From Squalus acanthias (lineage: Eukaryota): 64,000 bases of DNA. A model generated the notes under the pieces. That model was not told the DNA's origin, ran no database searches, and saw only the letters and a program-made list of their open reading frames with translations. The DNA is taken from assembly GCA_030390025.1 (NCBI GenBank), contig CM059432.1, forward strand, positions 30,072,001-30,136,000. The letters are read 5' to 3'. The stretch's first letter is position 1, and every line of letters begins with the position of its first letter. The position numbers and the translations under genes are program-made. Shown here one piece after another: positions 26,150-38,728 of this stretch.

Positions 26150-26562
26150 GAAACATAAGAAATAGGAGCAGGAGTAGGCCATTTGGCCTCTCGAGCCATT
26201 CAATAAGATCATGGCTGATCTGATCTTGGCCTCAACTCCACTTTCCTGCCTGCTCCCCACAACCCTGGATTCCCCTGTAGTTCAAAAATCTGTCCATCTC
26301 CACCTTAAATATATTCAATGACCCAGCCTCTACAGCTGTCTGGGGTAGAGAATTCCAAAGATTCACAACCCTTAGAGAAGAAATTCCTGCTCAACTCTGT
26401 TTTAAATGGGCGGCCCCTTATTCTGAAACTATGCCCCCTAGTTCTAGATTCCCCCACGAGGGGAAACATCCTCCCTGCATCTACCTTGTCGAGCCCCCTC
26501 AGAATCTTATATGTTTCAGTAAGATCACCTCTCATTATTCTAAACTCCAATGAGTATAGGCC
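26150..26562 (-). mobile_element. CR1 3' fragment
   Basis: LGLYSLEFRIMRGDLTETYKIL..; tail. Confidence 0.88.
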
Positions 26563-26944
26563 CAAGGAAAGCGTAGGAGAGAAGTCAAACAAAATGAAGT
26601 AGTAGTGGTAAGGATATTGCAAGCTTGGGGTTTAAACGCCAATGGTGGGGGACCCTGAAATCAATCAGTTTCATTTGGAAAACAGCATGGACCAGAAATT
26701 TGCTGGGAAATCGCACCATTAGAATGATGCATTAACATCACACGCCATTATTAATTCCTAAAAAATACCAGCAATTTGCAGAGTCAAAGATATTCGCCAT
26801 GAGTTCTGATTCTCCGCAAATTGCTGGACGATTTGCAACACTCCGCCATTAGCCTTGCCAAAGCCGATAAAAGTTTGTTCTCCCCGTAAGGCTCCTCAAT
26901 CAGCATGTATCTAAAGGCTTTAGAGAAGTAACAAAAAGTTAGGG

Positions 26945-27200
26945 TGCCCTCCTTTGGATGGGACGTTAAACCGAGGCTTCATCTGTCTGCTCCTTTGTCT
27001 CAATGTTAAGGGTTCACAGTTTCCCCATGTAACGTTCCTCCCTCAACCACCATCAAAAAACTGATTGACTGCATTCATCCAATTTGCTCTGTGAAAACTG
27101 GCCAGCACGTTTAACTGCATAACAGCAGTCAGTGCATTTCAAAGCACCCTGGGACATTTCAGAGAGGCATGTTAAAGCTCTATATAATTGCTAGTCTCTC
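26945..27200 (+). mobile_element. DeuSINE-like, heavily degraded
   Basis: TTTGGATGGGACGTTAAACCGAGG core and tail remnant. Confidence 0.55.
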
Positions 27201-27887
27201 TTATTACTGAGGAGGCTGCAGCCACACAGCCAAAGACCTGTAGCAATTGATTAGAAATTTGCCTCTTCAGATGGTGCATCAGGGTATGGACTCAGTCCTC
27301 AGATGAAGATGTTGGGTTGAAGTGTTAACGGGACTGGCATGCGATGAGCGATTTGGAGTAATCCTGTCCCATCAGCAGTGCACCTGTTCGTACTTGATCA
27401 CCAGAAGATGCCCTGGAATGAACAGCATCCTGATACGCATACTTCCCCACCCTCAACAACTGCAGGGAAACAAAATAACCAGTTTCCCTTTCCGTTTCTT
27501 ATCTGCTGACCCCCTTGGATTGGCATATAATATTTCTAATTATTTGACTGGGCTCCTCATTCAATCTTTGCCATCAGCACAGGATCCTAACGTTACTTTG
27601 CACATTTCACCTTGCTGCTCCATCAGAAAAGAGGGGATGAGAAATGTTAATCACTGTCTTTCATTAATGTGATTGGCAATCCTATTTTCCAGAGTATCCT
27701 CAAACAGAAGCTACATTTGAAACATTAAACGAATATGCACCAAAGCAAATGGCCTACAGTAACATTACGTAAATATAGTGAGCAAAATGGCTTTTCCCCT
27801 CAAATAATTTTCCCGGTAGCAGTAGAGAGAGTTTGGAAAGATGCCGAGAAACATGATGATTCAGTGTGCAGTTAGAGAACATTACTC

Positions 27888-28090
27888 CACCATTCCCGAC
27901 CTCATTCACATACAGGACCAGCTGCACCACTCCCGACCTCATTCACATACAGGACCAGCTGCACCACTCCCGACCTCATTCACATACAGGACCAGCTGCA
28001 CCACTCCCGACCTCATTCACATACAGGACCAGCTGCACCACTCCCGACCTCATTCACATACAGAACCAGCTGCACCACTCCCGACTTCAT
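27888..28090. repeat. 37-bp tandem repeat, ~5.4 copies
   Basis: Unit CCACTCCCGACCTCATTCACATACAGGACCAGCTGCA. Confidence 0.97.
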
Positions 28091-28970
28091 AAAGAAAATC
28101 TTTATCTACATTTTTTAAGTTGCTGTTTGTAATCCAAAAACCAACGTTGAAAGATGATGAATAACAAAGGAAACATTAGCGGGCTGTATAATGTGGCAAC
28201 ACTAAGATCTTCAATTATTTTTGCATGCCGTAATCATGATATCCTAAGACCATCTGAGCGATATCTGCCACAGCATGGTTGGTGTGGGATAAGGAAATGT
28301 CACAGTAGTGCGGTAGAGGCTGCCCTCTTAGTTCGGGGCTAAGATATGCTGCTGAGTGGAGGAAGATTCACACAGATCTAACCGTACTGGACTGGATGCT
28401 TGATTTTTATTTTTAAAACATAACACTGCAGCATGTAATACTGATGTTGAATAGGGAGTGATGAGATTGTACCAGGCAAGATAGGAATCAACATGACAGC
28501 GGCCCTGAGTCAAAGGGTTCAGCTTGGACAAGAGCCTGCCAGAGACAGACAATAAAACTGCACTCAATGCAACAAGCAGAGACAAGAATTACCACAGCAG
28601 TGGTTATATTCTTCCCTTCTTTGAAGGGACACCAGTCCTAAAATGGCCTTTAAAAATGCAATTTATCAGTTTAACTTTGCCACTATGGGCTGTACAGGCT
28701 ATGCCGAGATGTGGCCAGTACACAAGGCTATGTTTAAGCTCCCAGTACCGCAGCCCCAAAACCCTTGAAAAACTAGCGTTTAAATCAATACAAAAAAAGT
28801 ATCACAATGCTCTTCACATGTCTGGTTAAGTGATTTGTTTTCCGCTTTTGTAATCAGATACTAGGTGGTGTGCAAATAAAGGGAGGGAGAAAAAACTGCA
28901 AATGCTGGAAATATGAAATAAAAACAGAAAATGTTCGGACCAGTCAATATCAGCGAACAGAAAAGACATT

Positions 28971-29474
28971 CACCGGCGTAGTGAATTCGTGCGAGCTGTG
29001 GGATCACGTGACTCAGTTAGAGCCAATGGCAGCACACCATCTTCCATTCATAAGTTTCACATACGTGCTGTGAAATCTATGAATCTTACACCCCCCCAAA
29101 ATAACAGCTAAACCTCAATTAAATTAAAAAAAAACCATCACATTAATAAAATAAGTATAGTTAAATAAATTAACCATCTTAAATAAAAAATTTAATTTTT
29201 GAAAAAATTTAAAATCTTTTAAAAAGTTATAAAATAAACTTACCTGTCTTTAAAGTCTCTAAAAAAGATATACCTGTTAAAAAAAATTCAAAAAAATACT
29301 TAATTCACTACTTACCTTGTTAAAAGTGGGTCTTACTCCTCCTTTTTCCATTTCTAAAATCTTCCGTACTTACCTGCGCGTCCAAAGCATGAAGTGCACA
29401 GCGTGCGCGCAGCCTGTAGCGCGCACGCGATGCACCGAGGAACCGCCCCCTTTTCAAAAGACCAAGTGCCGGTT
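28971..29474. mobile_element. Internal fragment (no TIRs) of the MITE family at 54219, inverted relative to it
   Basis: Near-identical reverse complement of ~54321-54828. Confidence 0.9.
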
Positions 29475-30339
29475 ACTGTTACTGGTCCAGATCCTTCATC
29501 AGAAATTAAAAGTAAAAGACAAGCAAGATAAGTAAGGTTGGAAAAACAGAGGGAAAATAGATGGGTTAAGTGGTGAAAAGAAGATACCCCAGTTTTTCAC
29601 TAACGTGAGGTACAGGGAGGTAAAACCAAGGCCTCTGCTGAGGGTGGATTGTTCAGGGTCAGAAAGGGGATGGTCAAAGGAGATGATAGCCTGGCAAGGA
29701 GTGAGGTTAGGAGACAGTCAAACTCAGAGGTGTATGACAGGAGTAGGAGAGGGAGAGACCCGTTTTATTTTTGTTCTCTTTCTCTCTGCTGGCATGTTCC
29801 CACAAGGATACAGCTGGCATCACGACCTTGCACTGGTCTGCACAATCGCCAACCTGTGTGGAACTCAGCTAACTTGCCATTATACCACCTTCCATTCTGA
29901 AGTCACAAAGCATCAAAGATCAGAAAAGCAAAATCTGCAGTGCAAGGGTTAATTTTTAGTCCCGTTCCTTCTACCCGAGGAGCAGGTTGTTGAGAGGCAT
30001 AGCACCTGTTTACAAGCAAGCGTCGCGCACGGCTAGTAAGTGATAAACAACCCGATCAGGTTCAAGTCCATTTTTTTTTAAAAACTCTCAGCAAACGAGA
30101 TGTGCAGCTGACAGTCACGGATTGCCTGGCATGCTTCAGCCGCACAGAGCAGAGTATAACATTACTGGGCTGTCAGACCCCAGCACTCCTGGCCAACCGT
30201 CACCAGCATGCACCCTTGAACCCAGGCCTGCTGCATGCCAAGTATGTGAACTTTGAGTGTGTACTGTATGACGACTAACCATCCATCATTAAAACTGGGA
30301 GACGGAAAGTGGGACAGGAGACATGAGAACTTAATGATT

Positions 30340-31380
30340 TACATTTGAAGGCTTTGGATTGCCTTCATATCAACTAACTCAACAGGCAAAAAAAAAAGTC
30401 CAATGACAGTAACCAAATAAAGACTTCAGACAACATACAGATGCAAGCCACCTCTATTTATTACACACTACTGGACTGCGGGGAGAAATGGGCCGTATGT
30501 CACAATCTGCGGATTACATAAGGATTCTCCGCATCACTAGCCACTTATAAAAACAAAACCAAATCACTAAAAACATCCTTTAGTGACAGTGGCGGCTGAA
30601 CTATCTACCATAACGGAGGGAATTTCTCGCCTCCCTCCTCCCGCCCGGTGGATAATAGGAATTGGTGGATAATCTAGAGTTCTCAAATCGATCGTATAGC
30701 AATATCTCAGGCACGGAAATGAAGACAAGTAAAACATAAACAAGAGAAACATTGTGTAATTTAATTCACTAGATATTTTATTCCATCTCTTTTCATCAGA
30801 CTGTAAAATGAGGTGACATCTCACTCACGGTGTTGTCCCAGGAAAACCTGCTGGATAATCAGGAGTGCAGAGAACGGTGATTACACTTCCTTTTCTTTCC
30901 AAGTATTTTTATGTGGATGGGGAGAGCTGGCCTCGAACAGTTTTGGGGCGGTCAGTATGAGGGCACTGAATTAACACTGGAGCAGAAGACAGGCCAACAC
31001 TCCCTGGTTTAATGCATCCACACCCCCCCACCGCTGATGACTGAGCTCACTTACATGGTGGAGGCCAGTAGGTCCTCACAGGCAATTGACCAACGAGGGC
31101 ATCAGCAAAAATATTTCAAACAAATCCAGCCAGGAAGATGGAATTAAAAAAAAAAAATCACAACTAGGTTTGAAAAGATTGAAAAAGTTTGTTTTCAATA
31201 AAAGGGGCAAGAAGTCGCCCATAACTAATGATTCCCTCCTCTCTTCCACGCAAAAACACATTTTAAATGAATCAACTACAGGTGCTTTCAGACACTTCAT
31301 AAGAATCTCTGGCACTGTATAATATTGCTGCAATACCATATTACCACGAGAGGTTAGCAATGAGTTATAGAAACACCTGC
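30340..31380. repeat. Unclassified ~1 kb interspersed repeat, copy A
   Basis: Collinear reverse-complement match to 61490-62067 and 63226-63775. Confidence 0.8.
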
Positions 31381-32615
31381 TCTTTGATATATATTAATGA
31401 CCTAGACTTGTATACTAGGGTATACAGGGCATAATTTCAAAGTTTGCAGATGACACAAAACTCAGAAATATAGTAAACAATGAGGATAGTAACAGACTTC
31501 AGGAGGACATAGACAGACACATGTAATGCAGAGAAGTGTGAAGTGATACATTTTGGTAGGAAGAATGAGGAGAAGCAATATGAACTAAATGATACAATTT
31601 TAAGGGGCTGCAGGAACAGATAGATCTGGAGGTGTACGTACACAAATCTTTGAAGGTGGACAAGTTGAGAAGGCTGTTGAAAAAGCATATGGGATCCTGG
31701 GCTTTATTAACAGAGGAAGTGTAAAAAAACAAGGCGGTTATGCTAAACCTTTACTTAAAAAAACCCACTGGTTAGGCCTCAGCTGGAGTATTGTGTTCAA
31801 TTCTAGGCACCACACTTTAGGAAGGATGTCAAGGCCTTGGCGAGGGTGCAGAGGAGATTTATTAGAATGGTACAGGAAACTTTCGTTTATCCGGCATCGA
31901 CGGGACCGGCGTGGTGCCGGTTTATCGAAAGTACCGGATAACAGAGAGTTATATCTACCGAGGCTATTTTTAACAAAGAGACTCCAAGCAGCACGGGAGA
32001 ATCTACTCATGCTACTGCAATGTTTCGGACTTGCGACAGCGCCAGGAGGCCGAGTAGTGGCACTTTTGAAAAGTACCCCTACTGACTAAATCGGCGTTCG
32101 CAGACTCGGACTCGGACTCGGGATCGGCAACATTGCCGGTTATTTGAGAGGAGTTTTCGGAGGATGATTTTTGCCGGTTAAGCGAGAATTCCGGATATTT
32201 GGGTGCCGGATAAACGAAAGTTTCCTGTACCAGGGATGAGGGACTTCAGTTATGTGGAGAGACTGGAGAAGCTGGGATTGTTCCCCTTAGAGCAGAGAAG
32301 GTCAAGAGGAGTTTTGATAGAGGTGTCCAAAATCAAGAACGGTTTTGATAAAGTTAATAAGGAGAAACTGTTTCCAGTGGCAGAAGGGTCAGTAACCAGA
32401 GGACACAGATTTAAGGTGATGGAAAGGGTGGTGGAAGCAGATTCAATAGTAACATTCAAAAAGAGAATTGGATAAATACTTAAAGGGAAAAAATTGACAG
32501 GGCTATGGGGAAAGAGCAGGGGAGTGAGATTAATTGGATAGCTCTACCAAAGAGCCGGCACAGGCACGATGAGCCGAATGGCCTCCTTCTGTGCTGTATC
32601 ATTCTATGATTCTAT
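31380..32615 (+). mobile_element. CR1 3' portion, split by a MITE
   Basis: KFADDTKL..RPQLEYCVQF remnants; tail ATTCTATGATTCTAT. Confidence 0.88.
31873..32227. mobile_element. Tc1/mariner (pogo/Tigger-like) MITE, 355 bp
   Basis: TA TSD; perfect 24-bp TIR CAGGAAACTTTCGTTTATCCGGCA. Confidence 0.92.
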
Positions 32616-32894
32616 ACTCTCATGGTCCCTACTACTGCTGCAGTATCACATTATTACCAGGAGAGGTTAGCAATGAGTTATGAAAACACCAGCAATTACC
32701 CTAATGCAGCAGTACATGCTATATTGTAATCTGTATACTTTATTTTCTTCCTATAAAGTCGCTTAATTCAAATGATCTCAATTCAACATTTTTAACACTA
32801 AATTGTTATGCTATTTCCATTGCTTCAATTTTAATATTGTTTTTTAAGTCTAAAAAGCGTTACAATTATTAAGAGCAGACTGTATACATCATAA

Positions 32895-33600
32895 GATGAG
32901 GAGGCTCACTCGGCCCATCTCAGCATCTAGCCATTTCTTAAATGATTCCACAATTTTTGCTTGCACTACTCTACCCAGAACTCTGTTCCCTGCATCGATC
33001 ATTCTGTGATATCAGTCCTAAATTTAATTTGCCTTTCACCATTACCCCCTTGTCTTGGTTCAGTTTTAAGTACTGTTCAGGATTTACCTTTTCTATGTTG
33101 TTCAACGCCTCAGGAGGTACGTGCTCAGTTGTTTGCTTTCTAGAACGAGAAGTCCCGGTTTCTCCAGCCTTTCCTCGTACCTCAGTCCTTGGATACAAGG
33201 GTCCTCTGACATGGCTCTTGCCTGAATTACCTCCAGGGTTTGAATATTTCCTTTGTGTCAGGGTGACCAAAACTGGACATCGTACTCAAGGTGTGTTCTG
33301 ACTACAGCAACATATGCTTAACCGTGTCTTCTTCTGACATATAGTTATCGCACAAGGATAAATGCTATCCATCTCTGGTGATTTATTTATTTTGAATCCT
33401 TTCAGCCTACCTAGTACTTCCATCTCATTTATGTGGTAGTAATTGGCCTCATCACCGATTATAGAGCACATGTTGCTTGCGTCTTCCCTAATGAATACTT
33501 GGAGGAAGTAATAACTTAGCTTATTAATATCTTATGTTCCTCAATTTTGACCCAGTTAGCTACCGCATCTCTTTTCTGATTATCCTGTTGCTGTTACAGG
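32895..33600 (-). mobile_element. Old CR1 fragments
   Basis: INKSPEMDSIYP (~KSPGPDGIHP) and tail remnants. Confidence 0.5.
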
Positions 33601-33995
33601 ACTGAATTTTCTTACTGGTATTTTTAAATCTGCAGCTATGTGCGATTCTACGTTCTTCTCTGCTCTTTTAGGAGTCAGCCTTGGCTCAGTTGTGGTACTC
33701 ACTTTGGAGTCAGAAGGCTGTGGATTCAAGTACCGCTCCAGAGACTTGAACACAAAAGCTAGGCTGGCACTATCGCGCAGTACTGAGGGAGTGCTGCACT
33801 GTCGGAGATGCTGTTATTTGGATAAAGATTCCATGGCACTGTTTGAAGAAGAACGAGGGAGTTTCTCCTGGTTTCCTGTCCAACATTTATCCCTCAACCA
33901 ACATCTAAATTAGATTATCTGGTCATTTAATTCATTTCTGTTTGTGGGAGCTTGCTGTGCACAAATTAGCTGCCATGTTTCCTACATTGCAACAG

Positions 33996-35977
33996 GGCTG
34001 TAACTATTTGTAATACCAAAGATCTGACTGGCCCCCTTGGAGGGCAAGACCAGATTTTGGATTGGTCCCCTTGGAGGACGAGACACACCCAGCAGTTTTG
34101 GATGAGCTCAAGTTCATTGAGGGTAGAAGATGGGAGGCTGCCCAAGAGAACATTGGAACAGTCGAGTCCGGGAAATAACACGTCAATGTAATGTTATGCA
34201 TGCTGTAGGACCAACACAGAATACGCTCTCATTTTTTAAAATTCATTTATTTATTGCCCATCCTTAGTTGCCCTTGAAAGGGTGGTAGTGAGCCACTGCA
34301 GTCTGGGGCAGGAGGGAGAGGAGAGGGTGAACGTGGTGCAGGTGTAAAGGGGGTGGGGTGGAAGAACGCGATCCAGGCCTAACAGAGGGCAGGAGAACGC
34401 GATCTATCTTCCCATCTGGATCACGTTTTTGCTCTCATTACCCCCACCCCCTCCCTTTGACCTGTACCGAAACGGCTCTCAAAGTCACAAATGACATCCT
34501 TTGTGACTGTGACAAAGGTAAACTATCCCTCCTCGTCCTTCTTGACTTGTCTGCAGCCTTTGACACGGTTGACTACTCCATCCTTCTCCAACGCCTCTCC
34601 ACCGTCGTCCAGCTGGGTGGGACTGCACTCGCCTGGTTCCATTCTTATCTATCTAATCGTAGCCAGAGAATCACCTGCAACGGCTTCTCTTCCCGCTCCC
34701 GCATCGTTACCTCTGGCGTCCCCCAAGGATCTATCCTTGGTCCCCTCCTATTTCTCATCTACATGTTGCCGCTTGGTGACATCATCTGAAAATACAGCGT
34801 CAATTTCCACATATACGCTGACGACACCAGCTCTACCTCACTACCTCTTCTCTCGACCCCTCCACGGTCTCTAAATTGTCAGACTACTTGTCCAACATAC
34901 AGTTTTGGATGAGCAAAAATTTTCTCCAATTAAATATTGGGAAGACTGAAGCCATTGTTTTCGGTCCCCGCCACAAACTCCGTTCCCTAGCCACTGACTT
35001 CATCCCTCTCCCTAACATCTGTCTGAGGCTGAACCAGACTGTTCGCAACCTTGGTGTCATATTTGACCCTGAAATGAGCTTCCAACCACATATCCACAGC
35101 ATAACTAAGAATGCCTAATTCCACCTCCGTAACATCGCCCGTCTCCGCCCTTGCCTCAGCTCATACGCTGCTGAAACCCTCATCAATGCCTTTGTTACCT
35201 CTAGACTTGACTATTCCAATGCACTCCAGGCTAGCCTCCCGCATTCCAACCTATGTAAATTTGAGGTCATCCAAAACTTGGCTGCCCGTGTCCTAACCCG
35301 CACAAACTCCCGTTCACCCATCACCCCAGTGCTCGCTGACCTACATTGGCTCCAAGTTAAGCAGTGCCTCGATTTCAAAATTCTCATCCTTGTTCCATGG
35401 CCTCGCCCCTTCCTATCTCTGTAATCTCCTTCAGCCCCACAACACCCCCCCACGCCGAGATATCTGCGCTCCTTCAATTCTGCCCTATTGAGCATCCCGG
35501 ATTATAAATCGCTCAACCATTGGTGGCCGTGCCTTCTGTTGCCTAGGCCCTAAGCTCTAGAATTCCCTGCCTAAACCTCTCCGCCTCACTACCTCTCTTT
35601 CCTCCTTTAAGACGCTCCTTAAAACCTACCTCTTTGACCAAGCTTTTGGTCATCTGCCCTAATTTATCCTTATGTGGTTCGGTGTCAAATTTTTTGTCTT
35701 ACAATACTCCTGTGCAGCGCCTTGGGACGTTTTACAACGCCAATGGCGCTATATAAATACAAGTTGTTGTTGGGTCACGTTCTTCCCCCGTCCCCACTGT
35801 TCTTCCCCCAACAAGTTCCTGACCTTCTCGCCCTGAGCTCCTGACCTTCTCTTCCACCCCTAACCCAGAGGTCCTCTCCACCCTCCCCCTCCGAGCTCCT
35901 TTCCTCCCTCATGTGCAGTACCAAACGGGCGAGCATGTGCAGAAAGAGTCAAAAATGCGTTGCAAATAATCACACCG
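33996..35977. mobile_element. Non-autonomous DNA transposon with 9-bp TSD (Mutator/MULE-like), copy 2, carrying an L2 insert
   Basis: Perfect TSD TTGCAACAG (33987-95 / 35978-86); TIR GGCTGTAACTATTTGTAA vs reverse complement CGGTGTGATTATTTGCAA. Confidence 0.72.
34465..35772 (+). mobile_element. L2 LINE 3' portion (RT to tail)
   Basis: TETAL.KVTND..LLDLSAAFDTVD..GVPQGSILGP..YADD..LQLNIGKTE; tail GGCGCTATATAAATACAAGTTGTTGTTG. Confidence 0.93.
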
Positions 35978-36224
35978 TTGCAACAGTACTCTTCAAAAGT
36001 ACTTAATTGGCTGTAAAGCACTTTGGTACATCCCGAGGTCATGAAAGGCTTCTTTCTTTCCACAACCAGCCTTTCAATGTGCTGCTGTGTGCCCTTTTAT
36101 TCATCTCCACTTCTGCATTCACCTTTCTCCCCCCTGGCAGATTTGCAGAGTTTGTTTCCTGTCCTTGTTTTGAACTTGATGGACCCAGCTTACCACTGTA
36201 CAAAATTAAGTACAGATAAAGGAG

Positions 36225-37190
36225 GCCATTTACATCAAGTCTACAGCACAGAAACAGGCCATTCGGCCCAACTGGTCTATGCTCAACACGAGCCTTTTCC
36301 TACCCCTCTTCATCTAACCACATCAGCATACCCTTCTATTCTTTTCTCCTTCGTGCTTATCTAGCTTACCATTAAAGGCATTGGTAGCATGTTCCACATT
36401 CCACATTCTTACCACTCTTTGGGTCAAGAAGTTTCTCCTGAATTCTCTATTGGATTTATTAGTGACTATCTTTTATTTATGGCCCCTAGTTTTTGAATCC
36501 CCTATAAGTGGAAACATCTTCTCTGTCTACTCTATCGAACCACTTCATCATTTTAAAGACCTCTATCAGGTCATCTTTCAGCTTCTCTTTTCTGGAGAAA
36601 AGAGAAACACCTTGTTCAGTTTTTTCTGATAGTTATAATCTCTCAATTGTGCTATCAGCCTTGTAAATCTTTTTTGCGCCTTCAATGTCTCTATATCCCT
36701 TTTATAACGGAGTACAGAAACGTACACAGTATTCCAAGTGTGGTCTAACCAAGGTTCTATACAAGTTTTACATGACTTCCCTGCTTTTCAATTCTATCCT
36801 TCTAGAAATAAACCCCAATACTTGGCTTGCTTTTTTTAAAAACAGCTTTATTACCTTTAGTCGCTACTTTTAGTGATTTATGTATCTGTACCCCTAGATC
36901 CCTTTGTTCCTCTACACCATTTAGACTCTTATTATCCAAGCAGTATGTTGCCTCCTTATTCTTCCGACCAGCTTACACTTAACTACCTGTATACTGAAAT
37001 TCATTTGCCAATTAAACACCCATTCTGCAAGTTTATCAATGTCTTCTTGTATTTTGTCACAATCTTCCTTTGTATTAACCGATTCCAGAGTCCAAATTGT
37101 TAATGTAAATTGCGAACAACAGTGGTCCCAGCACCGATCCTTGTGGAACATCACTTCCCATCTTTTCCCAGTCTGAGTAGTAGACCCAAT
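36225..37190 (-). mobile_element. CR1 3' portion
   Basis: [23 protein letters not shown]; tail. Confidence 0.85.
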
Positions 37191-37499
37191 AAGAGGTCCC
37201 TTTATTAAAACCTATACCCTCTTGAATGAATCCACACATACCGAGAACTCGATAGATCAATATTTCTAGTCCTGGCCCAGTCCCATGCTCCTGACACTTC
37301 AGCCACATTCCTGTTCTCTGAGACTGCTAATGACATATCTTCAATCTGGTTAAAACTGGCCCAACTCCTACTAAAAATGGTATCACCCTCCTCTCGTTGA
37401 TTAGAAGAACAGTCAGCCTCAGACAGAGACAGAGCAGTGCTATTGCTTTCCAGGTTGTTAAGTTTGTCATTTTGAATTTGATGGGCCCAGTGGCATACT

Positions 37500-38050
37500 C
37501 CTGGTCTCATTAGGAAGACCGAAGCTATCGTCTGACCTACATCCTCTCCAGCATAAAGACCGCTTACTTGCACCTCTGTAACACTGCCCACTTCCACCCC
37601 TGCCTCAGTCCATCTGTCACTGAAAATTTCATCCACGCTTTTGTCACCTCGAGACTCAACTATTCCAAAGCTTTCTTGGCCAGCCTCCCATCCTCTGTAA
37701 ACTTCAGCACCTCCAAAGCTTTGCTGCCTGCATCTTATTCTGCACTAAGTCCTGCTGACCCAGTACACCTGTCCTTGCTGCCCTACATTGGAAATTTAAA
37801 ATGTCCTCCTTGTATTTAAATCCCTTCAAGGCCTTGTCGCTCTCAATCTCTGTAACTTCTTCCAGCCCTACAACTCCTAAACTTTCTATTCCTCGGACTC
37901 TGGCCTCCCTTCGCCCCACCAGTGGCATCCCCACCTTCAGCCACCTAGGCCCCATGATCTGGAATTTCCTCCCTAAACCTCTCTGCTGCTTCGCTTCCCT
38001 TCCCTCTTCTCATTAAAATCCACCTTTTCAACCAAGCTTTTGGCCACCCC
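37500..38050 (+). mobile_element. L2 fragment, degraded
   Basis: IHAFVTSRLNYS. Confidence 0.7.
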
Positions 38051-38074
38051 ATAACCACTCGGCTGCTGCCTCAT

Positions 38075-38390
38075 CTCTTTCAGATGAGACATTAAACTGA
38101 GGCCCTGTCTGTACTCTCAGGTGGATATAAAAGATCTCATGGCACTATTTTGAAGAGGAGTAGGGGAGTTCTCCCCCCCGAGTCCTGGTCAATACTTATC
38201 CGTCAATCAACATCATTAAAACTGATTATCTGGTCATCACCACATTGCTGTTTGTGGGAGCTTGCCGTGCGCAAATTCGCTGCCGCGTTTCCTACATTAC
38301 AACAGTGACTACACTTCAAAAAGTACTTAATTGGTTGTAAAGTGCTTTGGGACGTCTGGTTGTCATGAATAAATGCAAGTCTTTCTTTCA
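38075..38390 (+). mobile_element. DeuSINE, 5'-truncated
   Basis: Deu core plus tail. Confidence 0.85.
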
Positions 38391-38728
38391 GGAAATACAG
38401 CACATAGCACCCTCTAAGCAATTAATCATGTACAAGACAATGGGAGGGGATAGTATGCATTAGAAAGGAGAAACATGGTGCACAAAAGAGTGGGAGATAC
38501 ATATAGCACTAGAGTAAGAGATAGTCTGACCCCACCTAATACCGTACTAAGAGAAAATACAAGAAGGACTAAGATAGGTTTACAGTACATATATGTAAAT
38601 GTATGAAGCGTGGTAAATAGGGTTGGTGAGCCGCAGGCACAAATAGCCACATGGGAGACTGTGGCGATAACAGAGACCTGGCTCAAAAAAGGGCAGGATT
38701 GGGTACTAAATATTCCTGGATATAAGGT

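Larger units (their letters stand above)
33670..36060 (+). mobile_element. DeuSINE split by the 9-bp-TSD element (33670-33995 and 35978-36060)
   Basis: Head GTCAGCCTTGGCTCAGTTG; CCTACATTGCAACAG|TACTCTTCAAAAG rejoins. Confidence 0.85.

Noticed and set aside
26688..26940. Possible old Harbinger-type MITE end (GGACCAGAAATTTGC)
   Set aside because: No matching second terminus or TSD found.
27888..28090. CRISPR-like 37-bp repeats
   Set aside because: Head-to-tail with no spacers, no cas genes, vertebrate context.
31320..32690. ~50-bp direct repeat around a CR1, read as a giant TSD
   Set aside because: Copies are diverged and the right one is offset from the CR1 tail; more likely an older internal duplication.
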